Part shown: positions 29,128 to 40,633 of the stretch, piece after piece
Layout: each line of letters begins with the position of its first letter
How positions within the stretch are numbered: the stretch's first letter is position 1
NCBI GenBank assembly: GCA_965205865.1
Contig: CBDBHR010000024.1
Span: 32,001-96,000, forward strand
Direction: 5' to 3'
Source of the DNA: a bacterium
Lineage (GTDB): Bacteria > SAR324 > NAC60-12
Length of the DNA stretch: 64,000 nucleotides
The notes under the pieces: model-generated
The model's database searches: none
What the model was told of the DNA's origin: nothing
What the model saw: only the letters and a program-made list of their open reading frames with translations
Position numbers and translations under genes: made by a program

Positions 29128-32100
29128 TCAATTGAGAAAACGGGTTTTCAAGATTTCTTCGAACTCTGAATTTTTCAGGCGCTCAAAGTCTGTTTCGGTC
29201 ACATAAAAATAATCGTTGACGTGTGCTCCGGTCGTAGTAATCAGGGTTTGTTGAATAGAAACACCAACTTGGTCAAAGGTCTCAGACAACTTATAAAAAA
29301 GAAGTGGCGCATCCTGAGTTGTGATTTTCACCACCCGGTAATCCCGATTTTGCCGGGTAAACGTACCCTGCTGTTGAACAACCTCATAGCCTTTGTTATC
29401 ACTTTCCATGAAATCCAAACGCAACTTTGACTGAAACGATATTGGGGTCAGGGGTTCATTGTGAAGATCCGGTAAAGTTCCCATGGTGATATTCTCTTCC
29501 AGGGTTTTGGCAAACACCATATCCTGGGTGATGCCGTTGGCTTCGAAGTAGTAACAATAGGCCACGCGTCCGTCTTCAAACAAGATCTTGTTCATTTTTG
29601 CCATACGAATATTGATATTTTGAATGCTCATCCCATAAGCGACACGATGGAGGATTTTAGGCTGATCATGGACAAAAATCAGGGTACCGATTACTTTACC
29701 ACGGGGAGTGACCACGGTGCTGAAGATGGAACGTTTTTCAAAATCGGCGAACTCCAGAAGTTTTTGTCGTAACCTATCGGGAGATTGACTCAACAAATAA
29801 CGATTGGGAAAGGTATTGAAGAACCAGTTGAGGGTGGGTTGAATATCCGCTGTCAGTTTGAGCAACGTGTCCCTGCTAACATATTGGTTGATACTTTGAG
29901 TCAATTTTTCCGTATACTGTTCGACGCCTTCCCCGTCCAGACTTCCCATCTTTAAATACCTCCAATAATTCTCCAAATCTCCTTTCACAGTCCGCAATCG
30001 TTCGTACTCTCTGGAGTTACTGGAAGATAGCGGTTCCCACAGGGTTTTGGCCAGACCTTCATTGAGGCTTCGATGAATCAACAGGTTGATTCGGGTCGAG
30101 GATTCCAGGGATTGTTTTTGATTGTCCAAATAAATATTGATCAATTCAATAGGATTTTTCATGTCCGTGGACATGCGGATTTCGATATAGGCATGGTAAG
30201 CTTCGTCAAAAAAAGTGCGCAGGTTTTTTGTATCATTAGCAGTGGTTTCACTAACGGCGCTGTAATCGGATATGTTGATGAGAAAGAGGAGGATCATGCG
30301 GATCAAGTCACGGTCCGCAATTTCAAATGAGCGTTGAAGGGCTTGATCGAAATAGGTGGAAGTCTTGCTCAATTCGCCAAAAGTCATGTGATGAAAAATC
30401 AAAAGACTGACAAGGTTGAACAACTCTTCGTCTTCATAGCCAAGACGCTCCAGGGCCTGCACGGCAATACTGGTGCCGGAATTCTGGTGTTTGGTTCTGG
30501 GATCGATTTTTCCAATATCGTGAAACAATACGCCCCACTTGAGGGCAAGCAGATGTTCGGGTCGGAGGAAATGATACAATTCCGTGTAGTTTTTCTTCAG
30601 ATACTCGAGCTCTTTGTGCGAGTTTTCCAATGCCCGCAGGGTATGGTCGCAGACAGTGTATTGATGATAACTCAGGTTGCGTAACAAAAAACGTATTTGA
30701 TTGCATTCCGGAATAAAACGTCCAATGAGAGTGTCGGTATCCCTGCTCGTGCTGGAAGGATCATCAATTTCGAACATCGTGCGTAAAGCTTGAGCGGCAT
30801 GCGGAGAGAGCATGATTTCAGAAAAGCGATTCCGTACTTCAGAACGATTGGCCTCAATGACTTCCGGCGTAATCGTGTGTACGACATTGGCCATCTCATC
30901 TTTGAGTTCGCTGGAAAGGGAGTAACCCGAGTTGCCGATATAGATAAAAAGATCCAACAGCATGGCCGGGTTATTGAAAATGAGGGAAAGCGGGATTTGA
31001 GGAAGCCCCTCGATCGCACGGATTTCAATTATTCGCTGTTTCCTCAAATTGATGGTGGCTTGAAAATTGGAAAAAGTGCGGACGATAGTGCGGTCCAGCA
31101 AACGATTGAGGATTAACTCAGACAATTCCTGTACATTAAACACGATGCGCAGGCGGAAACGGTCGAATTCATCAAAATTCTTAAAACGATTTTTCTTGAG
31201 CAAATACAGTTTTTCCAGATTGTCGGAAATAACGTTGCTCTGCCAATCCTCCAGCTTAATCCCTGCACTCTTAGCTTCCTCATCGTAATAAAATTCCTTG
31301 CTTGCTCCAACAAAATTACGCAAATCATACAACAACTCCAAAGCCTGGGACAATTCCAGCGTCTGCCGTGGGGAAAGGATACGTTTTTCAATGAGGAGGG
31401 CCAGCAATTCAGCAGTCTGGCTCGGAAAGACAGCTAAAGTGGCCGCAGCGATCCACAATGGTACTTGCAGAGTTCGCAACCCTCCAAACTCTTCCTTGAG
31501 GTCCATTTTATTCAATTCAGGCCGTCTGGCGGATTGGTAAGTATGAAGCTTGCTGAGAACGTAGGACTCATAAGGCAAGATTTCAAAAAAACACTGTTTC
31601 AGGCGTACCATCAACCCGTCACTACCCAACAGTTTCCGGCTTTCCAAGATGGAAGGAATCGTGTGGAGCATTTCTGCTTGGGTAAAGCGTGACAGGTCTT
31701 CATCGATTTCAAAATACTGGTGGGCTGTTTCAATTCCAGTCTGATTGAGTAGATGTTCGAGGCGGATGATGAACTGCTTGAGTAATTCAAATTCTCCTGC
31801 ATTGAGCCGTTGCGGGTTCAAACAGTATCCGATGTCACGGTCCGATGAAAAACTGAGTTCTCCCCGGCCATACCCTCCCCGGGCAAAAATAACCGTGCAT
31901 TCCAGAATGTGTCGCGGGTCCAGCCGCCAATCCTGAAGAAGGGTCAGCTGTTCTTGCAGTTGGGCGATTCTTTGACGATAATTTTCGATCTCTCTCTCCA
32001 GGTTATTGCGAATTTCTTGATAATAAAGACGCTCGGATACGTTTCCGGATTGTTCCGGCACCGTGTCGAGATGTTTCTCGAGGATAGAGAGTTTTTCTTC

Positions 32101-32523
32101 TTTTTCAGGAAGGACGCGTTGTTTGAATGTGAGTTCTTTTCGAGATTCGATGACTTGAATACTTTTCAGAACCGGAAGATCTTCCAGAGTAAAATCAAAG
32201 GCCACATGGATGACGCTATCCATCAGATGGGTATTTTGCGTCAAAATTTCAAAAGAATGCGCTGCTTCTAAGTTGACTTCCGCAATTTTTTTTGTCTGCA
32301 CTTTAAAATAAGAAGAAGTGACTTCACAGAAAATTTTTTCCCTTTCGACAATATAAGCGTGCAACCGAGTTTTTTCACGCCGCAGTTGCAATTGGGCTTG
32401 CCCGGCTTGCAAAAGATTTTTCAACGCGATGATATGCTTGTCTCTCAATTCTGTTTGTTCCAGTAAGCAGAATTGCCGCAGAAAGGGATAGAGTTCAACT
32501 GGCGCGTATAGATTATTCACCAA
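29128..32523 (-). CDS. glnD: GlnD-like PII uridylyltransferase/uridylyl-removing enzyme (1131 aa)
   Basis: GGYGRGEL..SDRD nucleotidyltransferase motif, DLKEEFGGLR, YHQYTVCDH...HDIGK (HD), C-terminal ACT-like segments. Confidence 0.75.
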   Translation of the reverse strand: MVNNLYAPVELYPFLRQFCLLEQTELRDKHIIALKNLLQAGQAQLQLRREKTRLHAYIVEREKIFCEVTSSYFKVQTKKIAEVNLEAAHSFEILTQNTHLMDSVIHVAFDFTLEDLPVLKSIQVIESRKELTFKQRVLPEKEEKLSILEKHLDTVPEQSGNVSERLYYQEIRNNLEREIENYRQRIAQLQEQLTLLQDWRLDPRHILECTVIFARGGYGRGELSFSSDRDIGYCLNPQRLNAGEFELLKQFIIRLEHLLNQTGIETAHQYFEIDEDLSRFTQAEMLHTIPSILESRKLLGSDGLMVRLKQCFFEILPYESYVLSKLHTYQSARRPELNKMDLKEEFGGLRTLQVPLWIAAATLAVFPSQTAELLALLIEKRILSPRQTLELSQALELLYDLRNFVGASKEFYYDEEAKSAGIKLEDWQSNVISDNLEKLYLLKKNRFKNFDEFDRFRLRIVFNVQELSELILNRLLDRTIVRTFSNFQATINLRKQRIIEIRAIEGLPQIPLSLIFNNPAMLLDLFIYIGNSGYSLSSELKDEMANVVHTITPEVIEANRSEVRNRFSEIMLSPHAAQALRTMFEIDDPSSTSRDTDTLIGRFIPECNQIRFLLRNLSYHQYTVCDHTLRALENSHKELEYLKKNYTELYHFLRPEHLLALKWGVLFHDIGKIDPRTKHQNSGTSIAVQALERLGYEDEELFNLVSLLIFHHMTFGELSKTSTYFDQALQRSFEIADRDLIRMILLFLINISDYSAVSETTANDTKNLRTFFDEAYHAYIEIRMSTDMKNPIELINIYLDNQKQSLESSTRINLLIHRSLNEGLAKTLWEPLSSSNSREYERLRTVKGDLENYWRYLKMGSLDGEGVEQYTEKLTQSINQYVSRDTLLKLTADIQPTLNWFFNTFPNRYLLSQSPDRLRQKLLEFADFEKRSIFSTVVTPRGKVIGTLIFVHDQPKILHRVAYGMSIQNINIRMAKMNKILFEDGRVAYCYYFEANGITQDMVFAKTLEENITMGTLPDLHNEPLTPISFQSKLRLDFMESDNKGYEVVQQQGTFTRQNRDYRVVKITTQDAPLLFYKLSETFDQVGVSIQQTLITTTGAHVNDYFYVTETDFERLKNSEFEEILKTRFLN

Positions 32524-32727
32524 AAACTTCCTTCAAGGATGGTGGAATATAAATGCGGGATTTGGTAAAAACGAACATGAAAGCCACAAAATCAGAGGGA
32601 AATTTCACCAAAAACCGACTGGAGATAAAATCGATTTTAACATATAATCATTCCAATAGAAATTGAATCGATGTTATTTGTCGGGAGCAGATCCCATCCC
32701 ACTGGAAACTTATTTGAGGAGTGATTC

Positions 32728-33417
32728 ATGGTTGCAAAAGATTTGGATATTCATAGGGATTTGGAGGAAGGCGATTTGAGCCTGGACGATCCGGATATGA
32801 GCGAATTGGATGATGTCACAAGCATTAAATTCGATTTTGACGAAGAGGAGGAACTTATTGAACTGCTGGAAGAAGAAGCCGTCGATGATGACGATGGAGT
32901 CGATTTTACGATGAAAATTGCTATGAAAATGGAGGAATCGCCCTCTGAAATCACGTTTGATCAGACGGACTCAGACGATGTTAAAAACTTGCTGAATGAA
33001 AAAAAGCCGGATTTCTCTTCAAATAAAGACGGCGCTTTGACAGTCGGGCCGGATGAAAGCGAAAGCCAATCCGACGTCATGGGAAATGAAATTTCTTTGG
33101 ATACGGAAATAGGAGAAGTAGAGAGTGCCGAAGGCTTTCCGCAACCCCAATCCACAGAAGCAGGTTCTTTGGTTTCGGGAATGGGAAAAGAATTGCTTCT
33201 GAGCATTCAGCATGAATTGGTAGTGGAATTGGGACGAGTCCGCATGAGCGGCTTTGAAATCGCAGAATTGACTTATGGCAGCGTGGTTGAATTGGAAAAA
33301 ATTGCTGGTGATCCGGTGGATCTGGTCATGCAGGGAAAAGTGGTGGCTTATGGAGAAATCGTGCTGATCAATCACAAGAAATTAGGAATCCGTATTATTG
33401 GCATCAACCAGGACTGA
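32728..33417 (+). CDS. FliN-like SpoA-domain protein with acidic N-terminus
   Basis: LVVELGR...GSVVELEK.AGDPVDL...VAYGEIV...GIRI. Confidence 0.75.
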   Translation: MVAKDLDIHRDLEEGDLSLDDPDMSELDDVTSIKFDFDEEEELIELLEEEAVDDDDGVDFTMKIAMKMEESPSEITFDQTDSDDVKNLLNEKKPDFSSNKDGALTVGPDESESQSDVMGNEISLDTEIGEVESAEGFPQPQSTEAGSLVSGMGKELLLSIQHELVVELGRVRMSGFEIAELTYGSVVELEKIAGDPVDLVMQGKVVAYGEIVLINHKKLGIRIIGINQD

Positions 33418-33434
33418 ATCGAAGGTCGAACCTC

Positions 33435-34382
33435 ATGACGGTTGAAATAAACGAGTCGATAGAACTATACGAATTCACTGGCGCCGAGTTGGAGATAGGA
33501 CGTTTCCCTTGGATGGATACTGTTCTGCAGCGTTGGGCGCATTTACTGGAATCAACGCTTTTTGAGCAATTGGGCGTGGCTCTTGAAATCGAAACGCCCC
33601 CGGTCGAATGGATGCGGTTTGAGCAATTTTATACAGGCATCACTCAGCGTCAACCGCTTTATATTTTTGATTCACAAACCCGAGGGCAAGGCATCATCGC
33701 AATCGGCAATAAATTCGCCCATGCCTGTCTGCATCAAAATGATGAAAATCGTCTACGCAATCTGCCTGACTCCTTTCCAAATCTCCACTCCGGAAATCAT
33801 AAAAAACTCCATCACATACTGCAATGCGCGCTGCAGGACTTTGAGAAAAGTTGGACCGGGATTGCGCAGTTCGAATTGACTTTGATTCGCATGACTTCCC
33901 ATCGCTTTCGAGCAAGAATCATGATGTCTCTTGAAAAATGCGTGATCGCCAAACTGGTGTTCCATGGACATGGCTTTTCTACGGATTTGACTTTGTGTTT
34001 CCCTTACTCGAGTCTGGATACGATCTTTCAAAAGTTGGCACGGAAAAAAGTCTTGCCCCCCCAATCAATGAATCACTATTATTCAGAACTACAGGAACAT
34101 TTCTATCAGAAACTCAAAGAGAAAAAATATGAAATGGTAGCCGAGTTCGGCACTGTGGAAGCGACTGCCCGGAAAACTATTCAACCAGGAAAGGTGTTGC
34201 CACTAAATTCCCGTGTGGACAATAAACTGATCCTCAAAATCAATGGCCAGCCCATCCTGATTGGTGATGTGGGACAAGTGGAAAATAATTATGCAGTAAG
34301 GATTTTTGGGAAATACGAAACAAAGGAAGAAACCAACAATCCTGCTCGCAAATTCACTACAATTCAATGGCCTGAAGCTTGA
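33435..34382 (+). CDS. FliM-like flagellar switch protein (divergent)
   Basis: YEF...RFPWMDTV, LCFPYSSL, C-terminal SpoA-like segment. Confidence 0.7.
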   Translation: MTVEINESIELYEFTGAELEIGRFPWMDTVLQRWAHLLESTLFEQLGVALEIETPPVEWMRFEQFYTGITQRQPLYIFDSQTRGQGIIAIGNKFAHACLHQNDENRLRNLPDSFPNLHSGNHKKLHHILQCALQDFEKSWTGIAQFELTLIRMTSHRFRARIMMSLEKCVIAKLVFHGHGFSTDLTLCFPYSSLDTIFQKLARKKVLPPQSMNHYYSELQEHFYQKLKEKKYEMVAEFGTVEATARKTIQPGKVLPLNSRVDNKLILKINGQPILIGDVGQVENNYAVRIFGKYETKEETNNPARKFTTIQWPEA

Positions 34383-34452
34383 TAGCCTTTGACTCAACCG
34401 CCCTCCCCGGGAAGCGGTCGTCCAGGATTCATGTCGTCATCTTGCCGGATCT

Positions 34453-35313
34453 ATGCCTTTCACGATCCTTCATATTTCCGATCTTCATTTCCATGCCCTA
34501 CCCCGTGGTAGAAAAGAATGGGCTTCCAAGCGAGCTTTGGGAGCTGCCAATATGCTGTTGAGAAAGCGCTGGTTTTATCCTTTAGCACGGGCAGAAAAAC
34601 TCGTACGTACGCTGCAGGAGTACCAATGGGACCACCTCGTTATCAGTGGGGATGTGACAAACCTGGCCTTGGAGGAGGAATTTCAGACCGCATCTCGAGT
34701 GCTGAAACCCCTTTTGAAAGATCCCGAAAAAGTGACGATCGTTCCAGGAAACCATGACCGGTATGTGAAGGAAGTCGACCAATACGATCTTTTCCACCAG
34801 TATTTTGGCGCCTTTTTTGTCCGGCAGACCGGCATTAAAGCGCAACCTTTAACAGAAGACTGGCATTTGGTTGGATGGGACAGCACCCATCCGAATGACT
34901 GGCTCACCGCGTCTGGCACCGTAAAGCGCGAAACGCTATTGGCAACGGATGATTATATCCGGAATCAATCCAATCGTACGCGATTCATCCTGGTTAACCA
35001 CTATCCCCTCTGGTTTCCTGCGGGACACGCCATCAAGCCATCCCATGAACTCCACAACTTAGCCCACGTCCTGCATTGGGTGAAACAGCAATCACGGATT
35101 GCGGTATACCTACACGGACATGTCCATCACAACTGGTCTTATTGTATGCGGCGGCGTGACAGCAACCGTCAAAGCAGACCATTGTATCTGGTCAATTCGG
35201 CGTCATCAACTGCCAAACCGTCCCATTGGGATAGTACCAATTCTCGCCAATCCGCTTTCCACCGGATTCATCTGGCCGGTCCACAAATCGATATAGAAGC
35301 ATTGGATTTTTAG
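34453..35313 (+). CDS. Calcineurin-like metallophosphoesterase
   Basis: HISDLH, SGD, PGNHD, HGHVH. Confidence 0.92.
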   Translation: MPFTILHISDLHFHALPRGRKEWASKRALGAANMLLRKRWFYPLARAEKLVRTLQEYQWDHLVISGDVTNLALEEEFQTASRVLKPLLKDPEKVTIVPGNHDRYVKEVDQYDLFHQYFGAFFVRQTGIKAQPLTEDWHLVGWDSTHPNDWLTASGTVKRETLLATDDYIRNQSNRTRFILVNHYPLWFPAGHAIKPSHELHNLAHVLHWVKQQSRIAVYLHGHVHHNWSYCMRRRDSNRQSRPLYLVNSASSTAKPSHWDSTNSRQSAFHRIHLAGPQIDIEALDF

Positions 35314-36371
35314 TATCTTTTGCCGAGCGAAGACGACGCGGGATCGTGTAGGAAACATCGTACTCGATGCTGTGGATTGATTTGAAAAAAAGGTGGTCGT
35401 TGCCGGACGCAACGCTCTTGCCGGAATGCGCACCTTTCATAAAACCGGCATCCTTCAGGCAAGTTGCCAAAAGTTGGTACATTACCGGGAATAGGCGTCA
35501 ACTTCCCAACCACTCCACCGTCCGTGCGCTTTTCCTGGGGACGGGATTGTTGCAAGGCTCGCGTGTAAGGATGAGCTGGTGACGCAAACAAACGTTCCGT
35601 GGGCGCCGATTCGACAATCTCACCCGCATACATGACCAAAATACGATCCACCAGATAACTCACCACGTCCAAATCGTGGGAAATGAAAAGCAAAGCCATT
35701 TGAGACTCAGTACGTAATTCTTTCAACTGTTGCAGGATTTGAGCTTGGATGGTGACATCCAGTGCCGTGGTGGGTTCATCGGCAATGAGTAGTTGGGGAT
35801 TGCAGGCCAGAGCCATGGCAATCATCACCCGTTGTCGCATACCTCCCGAGAGTTGATGGGGGTAGTTTTGCGCGCGTTGTTCCGGGGAGGGGATGCCAAC
35901 TTTTACCAACAACTCGATGATTGTTTGTGTTTCGCTCTTCCGGCGGCTTCGGTTCGCTGAATCGGCAATACTCCTCGATCGAGAATGTTCCCTCAGGATT
36001 TCGCGGATTTGATCTCCCACCCGCATGACTGGATTCAACGCAGTCATGGGTTCTTGAAAAATCATAGCAATTTCCCGGCTTCGAATTTTGCGCATTTGCT
36101 TATTTGTGAATGGAAGTAAATTTTTGCCATTCCAGCGAATTTCTCCCTCTATTTGCAGGAGGGGAGGCGTAGGAATCAACTGCAAAATGGCTAAGGCGGT
36201 CATCGATTTTCCACATCCAGATTCCCCCACGATGCCCAGGGCGGCTCCATCATCAAGAGAAAAAGAAATCTGATCCAGAACCTGGATTGGGGAGTTTTCG
36301 ACGGCAATCGTCCGCCGAAACGGTGAACCGGAAGAAAGATAAAGACTGAGATTGTGAATTTGCAGGCTCAT
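35310..36371 (-). CDS. Peptide ABC transporter ATP-binding protein (DppD/OppD-like)
   Basis: [30 protein letters not shown]-terminal Cys cluster. Confidence 0.95.
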   Translation of the reverse strand: MSLQIHNLSLYLSSGSPFRRTIAVENSPIQVLDQISFSLDDGAALGIVGESGCGKSMTALAILQLIPTPPLLQIEGEIRWNGKNLLPFTNKQMRKIRSREIAMIFQEPMTALNPVMRVGDQIREILREHSRSRSIADSANRSRRKSETQTIIELLVKVGIPSPEQRAQNYPHQLSGGMRQRVMIAMALACNPQLLIADEPTTALDVTIQAQILQQLKELRTESQMALLFISHDLDVVSYLVDRILVMYAGEIVESAPTERLFASPAHPYTRALQQSRPQEKRTDGGVVGKLTPIPGNVPTFGNLPEGCRFYERCAFRQERCVRQRPPFFQINPQHRVRCFLHDPASSSLGKRY

Positions 36372-37183
36372 GAATGGGTTTTTGGGTCAAAAAAGTCACG
36401 CAACGCGTCTCCCAATACATTGCAAAGCAACACCACCAGCATGATGGCCAATCCCGGAAAAATGGAAACGAAAGGCGCTTCGATCAGAACGTCCTTGCCT
36501 TCGGAGAGCATTGTTCCCCAGCTTGGAGTTCCGGGAGGCACTCCCAGTCCCAGGAAACTGAGACTGGATTCCGCAATTATAGCGCCTGCCAAGTTGAAAG
36601 TAGCTTGTACAATGACGGGTTGCATGATATTGGGCAGAATATGACGCGCCATCGTTTGTTTGTCAGAAATGCCGGAGGTCCGGGCAGCAAGGATAAAATC
36701 TTGCTCTCTCACAGAAAGCACTTGACCGCGGACTAACCTTGCATAACTGACCCATCCCTGGACGGTCAAGGCGATTATCACATTGTTCAAATTGGGACCC
36801 AGTACCGCTACAAGGGCTATAGCCAATAAAAGCCCCGGAAATGCGAGTAGAATATCGACGATGCGCATCAACAGGTTATCCAGCCATTTTCCGTAATATC
36901 CCGAGATCAACCCTATTGCCGTACCAAAAACTCCGGAAATGCAGATGACCCAAAATCCAACGTACAAGGAAATACGTCCTCCAAAGAGGAGACGGCTCAA
37001 AATGTCGCTCCCGTTTTGATCCTGACCCAGAGGATGTTCCCAGGAAGGAGGGCGCATTTGTTCACTGAGAGAAATGCTTTCCGGGTCATATGGGGCAATC
37101 CAGGGAGCCAGCAGGGCAGGAACCACAAATGCGAGGAGCAATGTCAAACTGAGCCAGAATATTCGGGGATTGCGCCACATCAT
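36368..37183 (-). CDS. Peptide ABC transporter permease (DppC/OppC-like)
   Basis: HPLGQD, ARLVRG, LSFLGLG, GDALRD. Confidence 0.95.
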   Translation of the reverse strand: MMWRNPRIFWLSLTLLLAFVVPALLAPWIAPYDPESISLSEQMRPPSWEHPLGQDQNGSDILSRLLFGGRISLYVGFWVICISGVFGTAIGLISGYYGKWLDNLLMRIVDILLAFPGLLLAIALVAVLGPNLNNVIIALTVQGWVSYARLVRGQVLSVREQDFILAARTSGISDKQTMARHILPNIMQPVIVQATFNLAGAIIAESSLSFLGLGVPPGTPSWGTMLSEGKDVLIEAPFVSIFPGLAIMLVVLLCNVLGDALRDFFDPKTHS

Positions 37184-38100
37184 TGCAAACGGACCCTGGG
37201 ATCGATGAAAGCGTAGGAAAGATCAGTGAACAGATTGATCAAAACATAACTGCAGGCAATGAACATCACACATCCTTGCACCAGGGTGTAATCGCGGGTT
37301 TGAATCCCTTCAATGAGGAGCAAACCCAAACCAGGCCAATCGAAAATGTACTCTGTGATGATGGCTCCGGACAAGAGCACGCCCACTTGCAGTCCAATAA
37401 TCGTGATCACCGGAATGAGTGCGTTTCGGAATGCGTGCCGAAAAACAATTTGAAATTCGGAAATGCCTTTGGCAGTGGCGGTGCGAATATAGTCGGCTCC
37501 TAGAGTCTCGATCACTGAGGATCGCGTGATGCGGGATAGAATGGAAGCCAAGGCGGTGCCCAAGGTAATGGCAGGCAGGATTAAATGCAATAACGTTCCT
37601 CGTTCGTTGACTGGAAGCCAGTCCAGTTGAATGGCAAAGATCAAGATCAGCATTGGCCCCAACCAAAAATTAGGAATGGAAACGCCAAACAGTGAAAAAA
37701 GCATAGCAGTCGAGTCTATCCAGCTTCCCCGCTTAACCGCCGATATCAATCCCAAGGGAATGGCCAGCGCGATGGCGATAATCATTGCTCCGACCATCAA
37801 TTCAACAGTTGCGGGAAAACGTTCTAATATTGCGCTCAATACTGGTTCCCGGCTGTGAATGGAGTCACCCAAATTGCCGGTGAACAAGCCTTGCAGGTAG
37901 CTTGAATATTGTTTGTAGAGCGGCTGATTCAATCCCAACTGTTCGCGCAATTGCGCTTTATCTGTTGAAAACGCCGAGTCCCCCAACATCAATTCCACCG
38001 GATCTCCGGGGATGAGATGGATCAAAAAAAAGACAAGCGTGGTTACCCCTAATAGAACGGGAAAGAGCAGTAGTAAACGCCGGATGATAAAACTGATCAT
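37180..38100 (-). CDS. Peptide ABC transporter permease (DppB/OppB-like)
   Basis: Start MISFIIRRL at 38100; IPGDP, DYIRTATAKG, DPRVR. Confidence 0.95.
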   Translation of the reverse strand: MISFIIRRLLLLFPVLLGVTTLVFFLIHLIPGDPVELMLGDSAFSTDKAQLREQLGLNQPLYKQYSSYLQGLFTGNLGDSIHSREPVLSAILERFPATVELMVGAMIIAIALAIPLGLISAVKRGSWIDSTAMLFSLFGVSIPNFWLGPMLILIFAIQLDWLPVNERGTLLHLILPAITLGTALASILSRITRSSVIETLGADYIRTATAKGISEFQIVFRHAFRNALIPVITIIGLQVGVLLSGAIITEYIFDWPGLGLLLIEGIQTRDYTLVQGCVMFIACSYVLINLFTDLSYAFIDPRVRLQ

Positions 38101-38175
38101 AGTCAACTCCGTTCGTCTTCGCTCACGCTTAGGAACAAACCTTAAATAACCTGTAATTCTTCCAATGGTGTGAGC

Positions 38176-38252
38176 AAAATTGGGGGACATGTACACCGCT
38201 GCGCATCCCAACTCTACTGTTTTATACCTGCTGTTACGTGTCCCCTAATTTT
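38176..38252. repeat. REP-like palindrome related to 12283-12327
   Basis: AAAATTGGGGGACATGTAC...GTTACGTGTCCCCTAATTTT. Confidence 0.6.
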
Positions 38253-38411
38253 GCGTATCCATACTTCTAACTTATTTAAATTTCATTCCTTAAATACCTG
38301 GAGGAAAGAGGATCAACACCGGAAAGTGAGAGAATTCAAATATGATCCAGGGCACTGGAAGAAGCATTTTGACGAAGGGCCTCTCCGCATGCTTTGGTGT
38401 CACTCATCTAT

Positions 38412-39032
38412 TTATGGAATCCATGCCCACGGTGTCTTTTTCCGGTAATTGGTCTCAAAGGTGGTAATCAGACTTTCATACTGAAGGGTCCAGCCTATGT
38501 CGTCCATTCCCTTCAATAGACGCTCTTTAGTAAAGGGATCGATTTCAAAATCAAAATTCCGTCCGCAGGGGGTTGCCACCTGTTGTTGTTGCAGATCTAT
38601 CGTGAGTCGACATCCCTCATGCGCTTCTATTTCTTGGAAAAGCATTTCTACTTGAGCAGTGGGCAGTGCGACTGGAAGAATACCGTTTTTGAAGCAGTTG
38701 TTGTAAAAAATATCAGCAAAGCTGGGAGCGATGATGGAATGGAATCCATACTCCAACAAGGCCCAGGGCGCATGTTCGCGGCTGGAGCCACAACCGAAAT
38801 TTTCACGAGTGACAAGAATTTGGGCACCTTGATAGCGGGCATGATTGAGAGGAAAATCCTGGTTGGGTTGCCTCCCTCCATCGTCCAAATAGCGCCAATC
38901 ATGAAAGAGGTGCTGTCCAAATCCGGTACGTTCTATTTTTTTCAGGAATTGCTTGGGGATGATCTGATCGGTGTCCACGTCGATACGATCCAGTAATGCC
39001 GCCAGAGCAGTCAGGGTTGTAAAGGCTTGCAT
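38412..39032 (-). CDS. leuD: 3-isopropylmalate dehydratase small subunit
   Basis: [26 protein letters not shown]. Confidence 0.97.
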   Translation of the reverse strand: MQAFTTLTALAALLDRIDVDTDQIIPKQFLKKIERTGFGQHLFHDWRYLDDGGRQPNQDFPLNHARYQGAQILVTRENFGCGSSREHAPWALLEYGFHSIIAPSFADIFYNNCFKNGILPVALPTAQVEMLFQEIEAHEGCRLTIDLQQQQVATPCGRNFDFEIDPFTKERLLKGMDDIGWTLQYESLITTFETNYRKKTPWAWIP

Positions 39033-39235
39033 GGTTTAATTCCTTTTCATGAGGGAACGAAAATTAATTACCAGCCCCCTTTTTGTCGAATGGGGGAATG
39101 AGTTTTAATTGCAAATTTCCCTCCTGGAAGGGGTAGGGGCGGGTTTCTTGGCGAACATCTCAAATTTGACCGTCCCCTTCACTCCCCGGAAAGGATTCTT
39201 GCTACTAACGGGAGAAACGAGTTTCCAGTCGGACA

Positions 39236-40633
39236 CTACTCGAAAGAGCGAATGTCCGCGAAATGGCCGGTAACTGCGGCAGCTGCCGCCATCAGGGGGC
39301 TGACAAGGTGGGTTCTTCCACCTTTGCCCTGACGGCCTTCAAAGTTTCGATTGCTTGTCGAGGCGCACCGTTCCCCGGGTTTGAGTTGATCGTCATTCAT
39401 GGCCAAACACATAGAACATCCTGGCTGTCGCCACTCAAAACCGGCATTTTTAAAAATTATGTCCAATCCTTCCTCTTCCGCCTGTTGTTTGACATGACCA
39501 CTTCCCGGAACAATCATGGCATTGACGGTGGAGGCAACCATTTTGCCTTTGACAAATTGAGCAACTGCGCGCAGGTCTTCGATACGTGAGTTGGTGCAGG
39601 AGCCAATGAAAACCTGGTCAATCGTAATAGTATTGATTGGCGTGTTGGGCTGCAAGTCCATGTATTTCAAAGCCGATTCGATGGCTTTTCGGCGCTCCGG
39701 GTCTTCTATTTCGGCAGGGTTCGGGACTTTTCCATTGATATCCGTCACCATCCCCGGATTGGTGCCCCAGGTGACCTGAGGCAATATTTCCTCAGCCGTC
39801 ATCTCCACGACCGAATCAAAATGAGCATCTTTGTCAGAGAGAAGTTGTTGCCAGGATTCCACGGCCCTGACAAATTGGTCCCCCCGGGGAGCAAAGGGAC
39901 GTCCACGCAGATACTCGAATGTTTTTTCATCCGGCGCAACCAACCCGGCGCGCGCGCCCGCTTCAATAGTCATGTTGCAGAGCGTCATGCGAGCTTCCAT
40001 GGAGAGATGGCGAACTGTTTCTCCCGCATATTCAATCACGTAACCCGTTCCTCCCCGGGTACCGATTTTTCCGATCAGGGCTAGAATGATATCCTTGGAA
40101 GTGACGTTGTCACTCAGACCTCCATTGACCTGAACCAACATGGACTTGGCTTTTTTTTGCTGCAGGGTTTGTGTGGCCAGCACATGTTCCACTTCGGAAG
40201 TACCAATCCCAAAAGCCAAAGCCCCAAAAGCGCCATGGGTGGAAGTGTGCGAGTCTCCACACACGATGGTCAATCCCGGCAAGGTCAACCCTTGTTCCGG
40301 CATAACGACATGCACGATACCTTGTCTGACATCTCCTAAATCGAACAAGCTAATGCCAAAATCTTTGCAATTATGCCGCAGCGTTTCCACCTGTTTTGCA
40401 GAAATCGGATCTTGAATTGGCTTGTCCTGATCGATTGTCGGTACATTATGGTCTTGGACGGCAAAGGTGACTCGGGGGCGACGGACCTTCCGCTGGGCAA
40501 GCCGCAACCCCTCAAATGCCTGAGGTGAGGTCACTTCATGAACGAGATGCCGGTCAATATACAGAATGGCGTTTCCATTCTCTTCATGAACTACATGAGC
40601 ATCCCAAATTTTTTCAAACATGGTTTTTCTCAT
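39236..40633 (-). CDS. leuC: 3-isopropylmalate dehydratase large subunit
   Basis: [37 protein letters not shown]. Confidence 0.98.
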   Translation of the reverse strand: MRKTMFEKIWDAHVVHEENGNAILYIDRHLVHEVTSPQAFEGLRLAQRKVRRPRVTFAVQDHNVPTIDQDKPIQDPISAKQVETLRHNCKDFGISLFDLGDVRQGIVHVVMPEQGLTLPGLTIVCGDSHTSTHGAFGALAFGIGTSEVEHVLATQTLQQKKAKSMLVQVNGGLSDNVTSKDIILALIGKIGTRGGTGYVIEYAGETVRHLSMEARMTLCNMTIEAGARAGLVAPDEKTFEYLRGRPFAPRGDQFVRAVESWQQLLSDKDAHFDSVVEMTAEEILPQVTWGTNPGMVTDINGKVPNPAEIEDPERRKAIESALKYMDLQPNTPINTITIDQVFIGSCTNSRIEDLRAVAQFVKGKMVASTVNAMIVPGSGHVKQQAEEEGLDIIFKNAGFEWRQPGCSMCLAMNDDQLKPGERCASTSNRNFEGRQGKGGRTHLVSPLMAAAAAVTGHFADIRSFE

